Position numbers and translations under genes: made by a program. From the NCBI GenBank assembly GCA_965247095.1, contig OZ251997.1, forward strand, positions 1,504,001 to 1,568,000: a stretch of DNA of 64,000 nt, in the 5' to 3' direction. Positions within the stretch are counted from its first letter, which is position 1, and each line of letters begins with the position of its first letter. Source of the stretch: Candidatus Multivorans sp. GTDB lineage: Bacteria > Acidobacteriota > Thermoanaerobaculia > Multivoradales > Multivoraceae. The notes below the pieces were generated by a model. That model made no database searches and was not told where the DNA came from. It worked only from the letters and a program-made list of their open reading frames with translations. Below, piece after piece: positions 19,729 through 30,098 of this stretch.

Positions 19729-21078
19729 TCAGGGCGCCGACCCTCGCGCGACCGGCTTTGTGGCCGCTCCCGGTCCAACCGGCCGTTCGGCGTCGCCACG
19801 AACCGCATCTCTGAATGCCCTTCGGATCAAGAGGTCCATCCGTCGCAGGTCGGAACTGGCAAGGTAGAACACGGTCGCCACCACCACGGCAAGCAGCGAG
19901 GACAGCCCCACCGCCAGCGGTGCTCCCCAGACCTCGGCCAGGGCGCTGATGGGCGCCACGCCGAGCATCGGCAGCGAGAACGACATCGTCAGAAAGCCGG
20001 ATACCCGGCCGCGCACCGAGTCCGGGATCAGCACATGGATCGCCGTGTTGTTCAAGGTCGTGTAGACGGCCTGGAACGCCGACCCGGCCAGGATCAGGAG
20101 AAGGCCGAGCCAGAACCAGGGACTGAGCGCGAAGCCCATCATGAACAGACCGAAGGCGAAAACGCTGGTCATCATCAACCGGAGGCGGCGGCTCGAGTTG
20201 GAGCGCCAGACCACGAAGGCGGCGCCCACCACCCCGCCGACGCCCGAAGCGCCGCTCAGCATCCCAAGGCCAAACGGCCCCACCTCCCAGATGTCCTCGG
20301 CGAAAACAACGAGCAAGGTCTGGAACGGCATGACCAGGAACATCGGCACCAGGCCGAAGAACAGGAGCACGAGAACCAGGCGGTTCTCCGCGACGTAGCG
20401 GAAGCCCTGGGCCATGTTCCGGAGCATCGAATGCCCCGAGGGATTGGCCACGGGCGCCCGGTGAACCCCCATCATGGCGGCCAGGGCCAGGACGTAGAGA
20501 CCCGCGTTGATCGAGTACGCCACCTTGACGCCCGCGAAGCCGATCAGAAGACCTCCCACGGATGGCCCGACGACCCGGGTCACATTGACCGCGGTCATGC
20601 TGAGCGCCATCGCGTTGGTCAGCCGCCGCCGTCCGACGACGTCCGCAACGATCGCGTTGCGCGCCGGCATGACGAACGGGAAGACCGCCCCAACCACCGT
20701 CACCTGGACCAGGATGTGCCAGTACTCCAGCCCTCCGCTGAACAGCAGGAAGAGCACGACCGCCTCGGCAACCACGACCGTTGCCTGCCCGGCAGCGACC
20801 AGGCCCCGCCGCTCGAAGCGGTCCGCTGCTACGCCGCCAATCGGCCCCAGGGTGAGCATCGAGAGCGCGACCATCAGACTGACGATCCCCAGCGCGAGTT
20901 CGCTGTCCGTGATCGAGTACACGAGCCACGAGCGCACGATCAACTGACCCTGCATGGCCAGGAAGAACGTCGTGTTCGACAGGAAAAGCCAGCGGAACTG
21001 GGGTATCCGCAACGACTCCCACATGCCGCCGCGTCCGGGCAGCGGCACTGGGGGACTGGGAAATCGTTGGACGGTCAT
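19729..21078 (-). CDS. MFS transporter
   Basis: About 12 TM helices; GGVAADRFERR motif A; RGRV. Confidence 0.92.
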   Translation of the reverse strand: MTVQRFPSPPVPLPGRGGMWESLRIPQFRWLFLSNTTFFLAMQGQLIVRSWLVYSITDSELALGIVSLMVALSMLTLGPIGGVAADRFERRGLVAAGQATVVVAEAVVLFLLFSGGLEYWHILVQVTVVGAVFPFVMPARNAIVADVVGRRRLTNAMALSMTAVNVTRVVGPSVGGLLIGFAGVKVAYSINAGLYVLALAAMMGVHRAPVANPSGHSMLRNMAQGFRYVAENRLVLVLLFFGLVPMFLVMPFQTLLVVFAEDIWEVGPFGLGMLSGASGVGGVVGAAFVVWRSNSSRRLRLMMTSVFAFGLFMMGFALSPWFWLGLLLILAGSAFQAVYTTLNNTAIHVLIPDSVRGRVSGFLTMSFSLPMLGVAPISALAEVWGAPLAVGLSSLLAVVVATVFYLASSDLRRMDLLIRRAFRDAVRGDAERPVGPGAATKPVARGSAP

Positions 21079-21156
21079 CAGGTGGGCACCGGGGTCGCGG
21101 CAGGGTATCCCGGAGCACGCTAGCGCGGCAGAACGACCGGAGGCCGGCGCTTCGCG

Positions 21157-21188
21157 CCGGATGCGGGCAGGATGCCCGCGTTCCCAGG
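21157..21188 (+). repeat. 32-bp REP-like palindrome, copy 1
   Basis: ccggatgcgggcaggatgcccgcgttcccagg; identical to the copy at 30848. Confidence 0.85.
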
Positions 21189-21283
21189 TCAGATCGTTCT
21201 ACCGCCCAAGCTCCTAGGCCGCGTCAAACCGCTGGTACACTCCGGCGTCCTTCGCGCTGAGACCGGCTGTCTCGCCCGGTTGT

Positions 21284-21358
21284 GCCGACGTAGCTCAGTG
21301 GCAGAGCAGCTGATTCGTAATCAGCAGGTCAGCGGTTCAAATCCGCTCGTCGGCTCCA
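21284..21358 (+). tRNA. tRNA-Thr (anticodon CGT)
   Basis: Acceptor stem gccgacg/cgtcggc, D-arm tagctcagtggcagagc, anticodon stem gctga-TTCGTAA-tcagc, T-loop ggttcaaatcc, encoded CCA. Confidence 0.97.
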
Positions 21359-21414
21359 AAACTCCAACACTCCCGACTCCATCGCCCGTGGATCGTGTGG
21401 AGCGGACGCGGTTC

Positions 21415-21450
21415 TTGACCCACCCTCCTCTACATGCAATTCTGCATGTA
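21415..21450 (+). promoter_or_regulatory. Promoter/operator of vapBC
   Basis: TTGACC (21415-21420); perfect inverted repeat TACATGCA-N4-TGCATGTA (21431-21450) abutting the start codon. Confidence 0.65.
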
Positions 21451-21689
21451 TGAGCACCAAGACTATCGCCCTTGAGTCGAGCATCTATCGGCGACTCGCG
21501 GCGTTGAAGAGAGACGGCGAGTCCTTCTCCAAAGTCATCGATCATCTGTTGTCCGAGGTGGCGGACGCGCACACTGGACAAGACATTCTCCGAAGCCTCG
21601 GAAGGTTCTCGCGCCTGACCGAGTCTGACGCAGAGCTTTACCTGGCGATCGTCGCCGAGGATCGCGAAAGCGAACGCTGGGAAGGATGA
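21450..21689 (+). CDS. vapB: VapB antitoxin (DUF217 type)
   Basis: MSTKTIAL..Y.RL..LKR.GESFS.VI.. pattern; ATGA overlap with the PIN gene. Confidence 0.85.
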   Translation: MSTKTIALESSIYRRLAALKRDGESFSKVIDHLLSEVADAHTGQDILRSLGRFSRLTESDAELYLAIVAEDRESERWEG

Positions 21690-22087
21690 TCTGTCTCGAC
21701 ACCACCTTCCTGGTGGATCTCTGGCGAGATCATCCGTCCGAAGACTCCTCGGCCAGATCGCTGCTCGAGCGCCACTCCGGCGAGGAGTTCGTGGTTCCAT
21801 GCCACGCAGCCGGCGAATTCCTCGAAGGCGGAGCGACGATCTCGGAAGCACGTCTCGCGGAGTCACTCCTCTTTCTGCGTCTTTTCCGAATCGGCGATGT
21901 CACCATCGAGACCGCTCTGCGCTACGCGCGCATCGTGTCTCACTTCAGATCGACAGGCGCTCTCAGCGGGCGTTCCAAACCCGATCTTTGGATCGCCGCC
22001 TGGGCAGCCCAAAACACCGCCCCACTGGCGACCCGGAACACGAAGCACTTCGACGGCATTCCGGACCTTGAGCTCTTGTCCTACTGA
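21686..22087 (+). CDS. vapC: VapC PIN-domain toxin
   Basis: CLDTTFLVD, E, DLWIAA, TRNTKHF motifs. Confidence 0.9.
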   Translation: MICLDTTFLVDLWRDHPSEDSSARSLLERHSGEEFVVPCHAAGEFLEGGATISEARLAESLLFLRLFRIGDVTIETALRYARIVSHFRSTGALSGRSKPDLWIAAWAAQNTAPLATRNTKHFDGIPDLELLSY

Positions 22088-22268
22088 AGCCGGTGACGCG
22101 GCGCTCGCCGCAGCCAGAAGCTGAACAGCGAGCCACCGCCGTGAGCCCGGAAAGGGGTGCCCGCGCGATCCTAGGCGCACGAGGTGCTGGAGCCGACACA
22201 TGGGAAGACGACGGAAACTCCTGGGAGGGGTTCGCGCACGAACTCCAGGCCTGCGCTACCCTGAGACG

Positions 22269-24278
22269 ATGAAGACACTCCGATTCACAGCCTGCCTTGC
22301 GATAGCCGCCGCATTGGGCTGCGGCCAGGCGGACGAGCAGGGGGGCGACGGCACGCCGCGCCCGGCAGCCCCGAACTACGTCACGCAGGAGTGGCGCCCG
22401 CCCAGCGCGCCGGCCACGCCCAGCGATCTGGTTCCACGCCAGCCTTGCGCCCAGAGCGACCCGCTCCGCCAGGCCTTCTTCGGCGACCTGCACACCCACA
22501 CCGCCTTTTCCCTGGACGCCCTCGGCCGCGGCGGCTTCCAGACGCCCGACGACGCCTACCGTTTCGCCCGCGGCGAGCCGCTCGAACTCGGTCCGCTCGA
22601 CGAGGACGGCCAGCCGCCGCGCACGGCGCAGCTCGTCCGTCCCCTCGACTTTGCGGCAGTGACCGACCACTCGGAGTGGCTGGGCGAAGTGTCCGTCTGC
22701 ACCGACCCGTCGTCGCCGCTCTACGACGAACCGGCGTGCCGCGGCATGCGGCCGGGAGGCACCCCAGAGGAACGCGCCGCGTGGATGGACCACCGACTCA
22801 CCGGCCGGGTAGCAGGACTCTGCGGCGAGGACGGCAGCCGCTGCCGCGAGGGCCTGCTCACCGCCTGGGGCGACACACGGGCGGCCGCGGAACGCCACTA
22901 CGACCGCTCGAGCGACTGTTCCTTCACGACCTTCCACGCCTGGGAGTACACCCGCATGCCGGGCCTGTCCAAGGTGCATCGCAACGTCATTCTGCGCAAC
23001 GAGATCGCCCCCGAGTTGCCGATCTCCTGGATGGACGCCGCCGAACCTCTCGACCTCTGGACCCGGCTCAAGGCGCGCTGCAACGACACCGGCACCGGCT
23101 GCCAGGCGCTGACGATCCCCCACAACTCGAACATCTCGAACGGTCAGATGTTCACGGTCGACTGGGGCGGCATGCCGATCGAGGAGCAGCGGGCGCAGGC
23201 GGCCCTGCAGGCCGAGCTGGACGTGCTGGTCGAGATCATGCAGGCGAAGGGCGACTCCGAGTGCCGGCGCGGCATGTGGGGCGTCGTCGGCGGCGAAGAC
23301 GAGTTCTGCGACTTCGAGAAGGTGCGCTACATCGACGGGGAACGGCCGCCGGACTGCGAGGACGGCACCGGCGTCGGCGGGCTGAGAGGTGAAGGCTGCC
23401 AGTCGCGGCTCGACTTCGTGCGCTACGCGCTGATCGACGGTGTCGCTCAGGAAGAACGCCTCGGGATCAACCCGTTCCAGCTCGGGATCATCGCGTCGAC
23501 CGACGGCCACAACGGCGCTCCCGGCGACACGGACGAGTACGACTACCAGGGTCAGAACGCGAACGTCGACTCGGACCTCGAGAAGCGGCTGACCACGCCC
23601 GCCTACGCGCCGCACCGGCTCCGGAATCCCGGCGGCCTGATCGGTGTCTGGGCCGAGGAGAACTCCAGGGACTCCCTGTTCGACGCGATGCTGAGCAAGG
23701 AGACCTTCGGCACCAGCGGGGTCCGGATCAAGGCGCGTCTGTTCGGCGGCTGGGACCTCCCCGACCTCTGTTCCAGCAACGACATGATCGCCGAGGCCTA
23801 TGAGACGGCGGTGCCGATGGGCGGCGTGCTGCCGGAAGGCGAAGGCGCCGGGGCGCTGACGCTGTTCGTGTCCGCGATCGCCGATCCGGGCGCCAGCGAC
23901 CATCCCGGAACGCCGCTGCAGCGCATCCAGATCATCAAGGGCTGGGTTGGCGACGACGGGCTGTTCCACGAGCGGGTCTTCGACGTCGCCGGCGATCCGG
24001 ACAACGGCGCGGACGTGTCCAGGGATACCTGCGCATTGAGCGGCACAGGCGCGGCGTCGCTGTGCGCCACCTGGACCGATCCCGAGTTCGATCCCTCCCG
24101 CTCGGCCGTCTACTACGCAAGAGTCCTGGAGAACCCGAGCTGCCGCTGGAACGCGCTGCAATGCGCGGCGCTGTCCGAACAGGAACGCCCGGCGGCCTGC
24201 GCCGATCCGAACCAGCCGTGGCGGATCCAGGAGCGGGCCTGGACCTCGCCGATCTGGTACCGCGCCGCGGGTCCGTAG
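22269..24278 (+). CDS. DUF3604 lipoprotein
   Basis: Lipobox LGC; FGDLHTHTAFSLDA, LDFAAVTDHSE, HRNVI, IPHNSNISNG, KGDSE, IQERAWTSPIWY. Confidence 0.9.
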   Translation: MKTLRFTACLAIAAALGCGQADEQGGDGTPRPAAPNYVTQEWRPPSAPATPSDLVPRQPCAQSDPLRQAFFGDLHTHTAFSLDALGRGGFQTPDDAYRFARGEPLELGPLDEDGQPPRTAQLVRPLDFAAVTDHSEWLGEVSVCTDPSSPLYDEPACRGMRPGGTPEERAAWMDHRLTGRVAGLCGEDGSRCREGLLTAWGDTRAAAERHYDRSSDCSFTTFHAWEYTRMPGLSKVHRNVILRNEIAPELPISWMDAAEPLDLWTRLKARCNDTGTGCQALTIPHNSNISNGQMFTVDWGGMPIEEQRAQAALQAELDVLVEIMQAKGDSECRRGMWGVVGGEDEFCDFEKVRYIDGERPPDCEDGTGVGGLRGEGCQSRLDFVRYALIDGVAQEERLGINPFQLGIIASTDGHNGAPGDTDEYDYQGQNANVDSDLEKRLTTPAYAPHRLRNPGGLIGVWAEENSRDSLFDAMLSKETFGTSGVRIKARLFGGWDLPDLCSSNDMIAEAYETAVPMGGVLPEGEGAGALTLFVSAIADPGASDHPGTPLQRIQIIKGWVGDDGLFHERVFDVAGDPDNGADVSRDTCALSGTGAASLCATWTDPEFDPSRSAVYYARVLENPSCRWNALQCAALSEQERPAACADPNQPWRIQERAWTSPIWYRAAGP

Positions 24279-24432
24279 CGTCTCGCCAGCACAACAACAC
24301 CAACCCAGGAAGCGCTGCCATGAAGTCCATCAGGTCCCTCTTCGCGACTGCTGCCTCCCTGCTGCTTGCAGCCTAGGTCGGCGCGCAGGTATCTACGGCA
24401 AGCCGGTGGACCGCGGGTTGCCGGCATCCGGA

Positions 24433-24464
24433 CCTGGGAACGCGGGCGTCTCGCCCGCATCCGG
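24433..24464 (-). repeat. 32-bp REP-like palindrome, copy 2 (reverse orientation)
   Basis: Reverse complement ccggatgcgggcgagacgcccgcgttcccagg; flanks extend the match to the 21144-21190 and 45455-45499 copies. Confidence 0.85.
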
Positions 24465-24508
24465 CGCGATGCGCCGGTAGGGTTCGTTCCACAAACGAGG
24501 AAACTGCA

Positions 24509-24755
24509 ATGACGACAGCAACGGTGCGGATTCCGGTGGCGAAACGGGACACCCTGAAGACCATCGCGCGCGGCGAGAACACCACCATGAAGGAGGTTCT
24601 CTCCGAACTCATCGACGAGTACGTCGAACGCCACGAGGAGACGCTCGACCTTCTCTCCCGGCCCGAGTGGTTCGAAGCGATCGCTTGCGGAAAGGCGTAA
24701 GTCGTCGCCGGCGTGCCGGGCAAGAGCATCGATGAGCTGGCGGATTGAGGTCTAG
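24509..24755 (+). pseudogene. Decayed RHH antitoxin + RelE/ParE-type toxin stub
   Basis: Antitoxin MTTATVRIP...GKA*VVAGVPGKSIDELAD* (premature TAA at 24698, natural end 24748). Overlapping ATG at 24732 gives MSWRIEV*PPA. Confidence 0.65.
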
Positions 24756-24845
24756 CCGCCAGCCAGTGGGCGTGGACTCCACCGCACCGTTGACACCGGA
24801 CACTCAGCCGCTTAGGTTGCCGGCGAATCTCCGAGGATCTTCAAG

Positions 24846-26963
24846 ATGAGCGAACCGACCGCGACGGCCCGCTGGGCAGCCTGCGCCCACCCCCTCCTTG
24901 TCCTTCTCGTGGCCGCCTGCGGCGGCAACGGCGGCGGCGCGGCCCCAACCGCCGGCAACGTCGACGACGAGCGGATCATGCGCGCCGCCGAGGCGGAGCC
25001 CGGAAGCTGGCTCACCTACGGCCAGACCTATCGGGAACAGCGCTTCTCGACGCTCGACCAGATCACGCGCGAAAACGTCCATGATCTGGGCCTCGCCTGG
25101 TCCAAGCCGATCGGCGGCCCCAGCGAGCGGATGCAGGGAACGCCGCTGGTCGTCGACGGCGTCATGTACGCAACGAACGGCTGGGGCGTGATCTACGCGC
25201 TGGACGCCGCCACCGGGAAGGAGATCTGGACCCACGATCCGAAGACCGACCGCACCTACGTCAAGTACTCCTGCTGCGGCGGCGTGGCGAACCGCGGCGT
25301 TGCGGTCTACAAGGGCAAGGTCTATGTCGCCCTGTTCGACGGCCGGCTGGTGGCGGTCGACGCGGCAACCGGTGAGGAAGTCTGGGACATCGACACGTGG
25401 CACCCCTCGGCTCTCGGCCGCTTCAACATCACCGGCGCTCCCCGTGCCGCCGCAGGCAAGGTGTTCATCGGCCAGGGCAGTTCCGAGAGCGGCCGCCGGC
25501 GCGGCTACGTCAGCGCCTACGACGCCGAGACCGGCGAGCTCGCCTGGCGCTTCTACCTCGTGCCGGGCGCCCCGTCCCAGCCGTTCGAGCATCCCGAGAT
25601 GGAGATGGCGGCCAGGACCTGGGGCGGTGAGTGGTGGAAGATGGGCGGCGGCGGCACCGCCTGGAACTCCCTGGTCTACGACGAGGAGCTCAACCTGCTC
25701 TACATCGGGGTCGGCAACGGCGCCCCCTGGTCGCGCCAGGTCCGCTCACCGGGCGGCGGCGACGACCTCTTCCTGACCGCGATCGTGGCGGTCGACGCCG
25801 ACACCGCCGAGATGAAGTGGTACTACCAGACGGTTCCCGGCGACAACTGGGACTACAGCTCGGCGATGGACATCGCGCTCGGCGAGCTGACCGTAGACGG
25901 CGTGGAGCGCAAGGTGCTGCTGCAAGCGCCGAAGAACGGCTTCTTCTACGTCATCGACCGCGAGACCGGGGAGCTCCTCCGCGCCCACCCGTACACCGAC
26001 ACGATCGATTGGGCAACCCACGTCGACATGGAGACCGGGCGGCCGATCGAGAACCCGGACGTGGTCTTCGAGGAAAAGCCGCAGTGGATCACGCCGGCCA
26101 ACGCCGGCGCGCACAACTGGGAGCCGATGTCCTGGGACCAGGACAAGGGCGTCATGTACTTCTACTACCACGACTACGCGAACTTCTACGCCCTGCCCGA
26201 GGAGTTCGTTGAGACCGGCGCCTACGCGATCCGCGAGTGGGGGCTGAGCCTCGGCGTCGCCTCCGGCGCCTACCGCCAGAAGCTCCAGGACCAGGCCGGC
26301 CCGCGGCCGGAAGACAAGGGATTCCTGGTCGCCTTCGACCCGCTCTCGGGCGAAAAGGTCTGGGAGAACCGGCTGCCCTCGGCCTTCAACGGCGGCGTCC
26401 TGGCAACGACGACGGGTCTGCTCTTCCACGGCGGCGGCCGGGGCGACCTGGGCGCCTACAACGCGGACAACGGCGAGAAGCTGTGGGAGTTCGACGCCTA
26501 CGGCTCGTTCTCGTCGTCGATCATCAGTTACATGGAAGGCGGCACGCAGTACCTGGCAACCATGGTCGGCGGCAGCACCCGGTACGACCGGCCAGGCGAG
26601 TTGCTTGTCTTCTCGCTCGACGGCCAGGCGACCCTTGCCGAACCACCGGCGCGCGACTACTCGATCCCGGAGCAGCCGCCGCTTACAGCCTCTGCCGAGA
26701 CGATCGACCGCGGCAACACGCTCTACCACGAGCACTGCGCCCTCTGTCACCGCGGCCTCGGCCAGACCTCGATCGTCGCCGCCACCTCGCCCGACCTTCG
26801 CCGCATGTCGCCTGAAGTCCACGAAGACTTCATGGGCATCGTCCAGGACGGCCTCCTGCCGCTCGGCATGCCCGGCTACGCGGACGTCTTCGACGAGGAG
26901 GCGACCACCGCGATCCACCAGTTCGTCATCTCGAAGGCGTTGGAGGCCCAGGGCGAGCGGTAG
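24846..26963 (+). CDS. PQQ-dependent quinohemoprotein alcohol dehydrogenase
   Basis: Lipobox VAAC; RFSTLDQIT, TPLVVDGVMY, vicinal SCC, WYYQTVPGDNWDY, KNGFFY, GAHNW; C-terminal cytochrome c CALCH. Confidence 0.93.
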   Translation: MSEPTATARWAACAHPLLVLLVAACGGNGGGAAPTAGNVDDERIMRAAEAEPGSWLTYGQTYREQRFSTLDQITRENVHDLGLAWSKPIGGPSERMQGTPLVVDGVMYATNGWGVIYALDAATGKEIWTHDPKTDRTYVKYSCCGGVANRGVAVYKGKVYVALFDGRLVAVDAATGEEVWDIDTWHPSALGRFNITGAPRAAAGKVFIGQGSSESGRRRGYVSAYDAETGELAWRFYLVPGAPSQPFEHPEMEMAARTWGGEWWKMGGGGTAWNSLVYDEELNLLYIGVGNGAPWSRQVRSPGGGDDLFLTAIVAVDADTAEMKWYYQTVPGDNWDYSSAMDIALGELTVDGVERKVLLQAPKNGFFYVIDRETGELLRAHPYTDTIDWATHVDMETGRPIENPDVVFEEKPQWITPANAGAHNWEPMSWDQDKGVMYFYYHDYANFYALPEEFVETGAYAIREWGLSLGVASGAYRQKLQDQAGPRPEDKGFLVAFDPLSGEKVWENRLPSAFNGGVLATTTGLLFHGGGRGDLGAYNADNGEKLWEFDAYGSFSSSIISYMEGGTQYLATMVGGSTRYDRPGELLVFSLDGQATLAEPPARDYSIPEQPPLTASAETIDRGNTLYHEHCALCHRGLGQTSIVAATSPDLRRMSPEVHEDFMGIVQDGLLPLGMPGYADVFDEEATTAIHQFVISKALEAQGER

Positions 26964-27078
26964 CGGGCTGATTCCATCCGACTGGGTGCGCCGGCCTTCT
27001 GGCCGGCATCCGCCCGCGATGCCGACCTCGCACCGATCGTCCGGCTCCAAAGCCCTCCTGACCGCAACCCTTCAATCC

Positions 27079-28026
27079 ATGCCAGCGCCTAGAAAGAAGC
27101 TCATCCTGGACTGCGATCCGGGGCTGGACGACGCGATCGCGATCCTGGCGGCAGCGCACTACGCCGACCTCATCGGGATCACCACCGTCGCCGGCAACGT
27201 CGGCATCAACCGCACGACCCGCAACGCGCTCGTGGTCGCGCAGATCGCAGGTCTGGACGTACCGGTCCACCGGGGCGCCGCAGGACCGCTCGGAGGTTCC
27301 CCGGTGGACGGAAGCCGGATTCACGGCGCCAGCGGCCTGGGCGATTCGGTCCTGCCCAAACTGGACCGCTCCGAAGCGTCAGACGACGCGGTCGGGTTCC
27401 TCTGCGACACCGCCCGCTCGGTCGACGAGTTGCACCTGCTGGCCATCGGCCCGTTGACCAACATCTCGCTGGCGCTGCAGCGCGACCCCGACCTCCCCCG
27501 CCACTTGACCGGACTGACGATCATGGGCGGCAGCGCCGGCGCCGGCAACATCACGCCGGTCGCCGAGTTCAACATCTGGGCCGATCCGGAGGCGGCGGCC
27601 GTCGTGTTCAACAAGGCCGCGCCGCTCACCATGGTCGGCCTCGACGTCACGAGCAAGGTCGTCTTCGGAGACGACGAGACAGCGCGAATGAGGGCCGCGG
27701 GAAGACCCGTAGCCGAATTCGCCGCCGGCCTGATCGAGTTCCTGCGCGATCGCTTCAGGGAATACGTCGGGCAGTCCACCGTTCCGGTGCATGACGCGAC
27801 GGCCGTCATTGCCGCAACGCACCCCGAGCTGTTCGAGCGGTCGCGCCACCCCCTCGCCGTCGAGGTCCAGGGTGAGCACACCCGCGGCATGACCGTGGCC
27901 GACCTCCGTCCGCCCGCACTGATCCAGGCAATCGGCCCGCCCGGTGTCCCCTCCAGCGACATCGTCTGGGACGCCGAAGTCGACGAGGTCAGGGAGTTGA
28001 TCGTCGAAGCGGTGCTGGCCTTCTAG
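27079..28026 (+). CDS. Nucleoside hydrolase (IU-NH family)
   Basis: DCDPGLDDA, AGN, IHG, GPLTN, AEFNIWADPEAA, VHD. Confidence 0.93.
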   Translation: MPAPRKKLILDCDPGLDDAIAILAAAHYADLIGITTVAGNVGINRTTRNALVVAQIAGLDVPVHRGAAGPLGGSPVDGSRIHGASGLGDSVLPKLDRSEASDDAVGFLCDTARSVDELHLLAIGPLTNISLALQRDPDLPRHLTGLTIMGGSAGAGNITPVAEFNIWADPEAAAVVFNKAAPLTMVGLDVTSKVVFGDDETARMRAAGRPVAEFAAGLIEFLRDRFREYVGQSTVPVHDATAVIAATHPELFERSRHPLAVEVQGEHTRGMTVADLRPPALIQAIGPPGVPSSDIVWDAEVDEVRELIVEAVLAF

Positions 28027-28044
28027 GCCGCACCATCAGCCGTC

Positions 28045-29442
28045 TCACTCAGCCATCCGCCCAGCCCGCTGATCGACTCCACCTTGGTGCAGTACCAAGT
28101 GGTCCACCGAGCCGTCCTCGGCACGCCCGAACGTGATCTGCGCGTCCACAACGCGCAGGAAGAACCGGCTCTCCGACTCGGGAAACACCTCGAAACGCGG
28201 TTGGCCGGTGAGCTGGACGAACAGCCGATCACCCTGCCGCGTCACCGTGAAGACGAGGTTCTCGACAAGCTGATACCGGCCGACGTAGGCGTCGTAGATC
28301 GCTGGATCCACTTCGACCGCGGTCCGTAGCGCCGGAGGCACCATGAGCCGATAGCGCGAGTCCAGAAGGTGGAAGCCCAGATCGTCGACGCTGTCCCCGG
28401 AGTTCGACAGCACGACGACGCCGGTCTGCGATTCGAGGTCGAAGCCCAGGAAGGACCGGTACCCGCCGGTGCCGCCGTTGTGCCAGTGGAGTTCGCGGCC
28501 ATGTCCGCGGCGTGTGACCCAGCCGAGCCCGATCCGCATGTCGGGCGGCGCAAAGTCGCGCCGCGGTGCGTGGGTAACCGCCATCGCGGCGTGCAAGGGC
28601 GACTCGACAAGGCCGAGGTTCGCCTCGACGAAGGTCAACATGTCGTTCACCGTCGAGCGCAGCGCCCCGGCGCCTGCAAGGGTCGGGAGGTCCCAGTTCG
28701 CGACCGGCCTGAGCTGGACGCTGTGGCCGATGGCCAGCCGTTCCTGCTGGGACGACGACAGCGTGATCGACGTGTCGGCCATGCCGAGCGGCTCGAGCAA
28801 CCGCGCGGACACGAGCGTGTCGTAGTCCGTCTCCTGGCTCAGCGCCAACGCGTGCCCCAGGAGCCCGGCGCCAAGATTCGAGTACTCGACCGCCTCACCG
28901 ATGTCGCGCTCCAGTTCATACGACGACAGGAACTCGTTGAGCTGGGCCACCGTGTAGTCGGCGTAGGGGTTCGCCGCATTGGCCGGCCGCATGTTCGAGG
29001 GCAGACGAGGCAGCCCGGAGCTATGCGTCGCCAGGTGAAGCAGGGTGATCTCGGCGCCGTTCCGGGTCGGCACAGAGACGTCCGGCCCGAGCAGACGCTG
29101 AACCGGCGTCTCGAGTTTGACGGCACCCTCCTCAGCTAGGTCTGCCAACAAGATCGCAGTGAACACCTTCGTGATCGAGCCGATCTCGTACACGGTGTCG
29201 CCATCCAACTCTCGCGGGTCATCGGCGGTCAGCCGCCCGTAGCTGACAACACGACGCTCGCCGGCCGCGATGACACCAACGACGATGCCGACGCTTCGCT
29301 TCTGATCGTCGATCCGCTCCGCGAGGAGTTCGCGGATCTCCGCGTCGGCCGGCATTGAGCCTGCGGGCTGGACGCCGAAGCCGGCCGCTCCAACGAGCAA
29401 GAGGCCGACGAAAGAGCTCGCCACCTTCGACATCGGGTTCAT
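28045..29442 (-). CDS. Serine hydrolase (beta-lactamase class C-like) with DUF3471-like C-terminal domain
   Basis: EIGSITK (SxxK), YSN, WHNGGTGG; C-terminal YVGRY..ITF domain. Exact start uncertain (29442 or 29433). Confidence 0.9.
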   Translation of the reverse strand: MNPMSKVASSFVGLLLVGAAGFGVQPAGSMPADAEIRELLAERIDDQKRSVGIVVGVIAAGERRVVSYGRLTADDPRELDGDTVYEIGSITKVFTAILLADLAEEGAVKLETPVQRLLGPDVSVPTRNGAEITLLHLATHSSGLPRLPSNMRPANAANPYADYTVAQLNEFLSSYELERDIGEAVEYSNLGAGLLGHALALSQETDYDTLVSARLLEPLGMADTSITLSSSQQERLAIGHSVQLRPVANWDLPTLAGAGALRSTVNDMLTFVEANLGLVESPLHAAMAVTHAPRRDFAPPDMRIGLGWVTRRGHGRELHWHNGGTGGYRSFLGFDLESQTGVVVLSNSGDSVDDLGFHLLDSRYRLMVPPALRTAVEVDPAIYDAYVGRYQLVENLVFTVTRQGDRLFVQLTGQPRFEVFPESESRFFLRVVDAQITFGRAEDGSVDHLVLHQGGVDQRAGRMAE

Positions 29443-29501
29443 GGGGACGCAAGCCCTCAAGCGAGCGGCTAGCGATCTTGACGAGCGATTGGACCGGTTC
29501 A

Positions 29502-29810
29502 TCAGCCCGCTCTCGCGAGCACTTCAACCTGAGCCTCGAGCAACTCGCCCAAGCGATCCTTCTCCACTTCGAGATCGAAACGCGTCTGGAGATTGAGCCA
29601 GAACCGATCGCTGGTGCCGAAGAAGCGCGAGAGGCGAAGCGCCGTGTCCGCTGTCACGGACCGCTTTCCGTGGACTATTTCATTGATCCGGCGGGGGGGC
29701 ACACTGATGCCCTTGGCGAGCCGGTACTGGCTCAGGCCGAGAGGCTCCAGGAACTCCTCGAGCAGGATCCGGCCCGGGTGGATCGGCTCCAGTACTTTGT
29801 TCGCCATCAT
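29502..29810 (-). CDS. higA: HigA-family HTH antitoxin
   Basis: PIHPG.IL.EEFL, RRINEIVHGKR.VTADTALRL, FWLNLQ. Confidence 0.95.
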   Translation of the reverse strand: MMANKVLEPIHPGRILLEEFLEPLGLSQYRLAKGISVPPRRINEIVHGKRSVTADTALRLSRFFGTSDRFWLNLQTRFDLEVEKDRLGELLEAQVEVLARAG

Positions 29811-29816
29811 GCGCTC

Positions 29817-30098
29817 CTAGTGGTAGTCGACGATCTCGACGGCATCGGCGCCCGCGTTCTTCCAGAAGAAGCAGATCCTGTACCGGTCGTTGATGCGGAT
29901 GCTGTGTTGGCCGGCTCGGTCACCCTTGAGCTTCTCCAATCGATTTCCGGGTGGCACTCTCAGATCCTCGAGCCTCTCCGCGGCGTCCAGGATCAGCAGC
30001 TTCCGAAGCGCAGCCTTCCTGAGGCTCCCTGGAACCGCGCGGTTCCTCTCCCGGTGGAAGAGCTTCTCGCTCCCTCTGTCGCGGAAGCTCCTGATCAC
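29817..30098 (-). CDS. higB: HigB (RelE/ParE family) toxin
   Basis: MIRSF, PPGNRLEKLKGDR.GQHSIRIND, VEIVDYH. Confidence 0.95.
   Translation of the reverse strand: MIRSFRDRGSEKLFHRERNRAVPGSLRKAALRKLLILDAAERLEDLRVPPGNRLEKLKGDRAGQHSIRINDRYRICFFWKNAGADAVEIVDYH

Noticed and set aside
21349-22197. Possible tRNA-anchored island; tggagccgac at 22188-22197 is the reverse complement of the tRNA 3' end
   Set aside because: Only 10 bp, inverted rather than direct, and no integrase is present; I found no direct att duplication.
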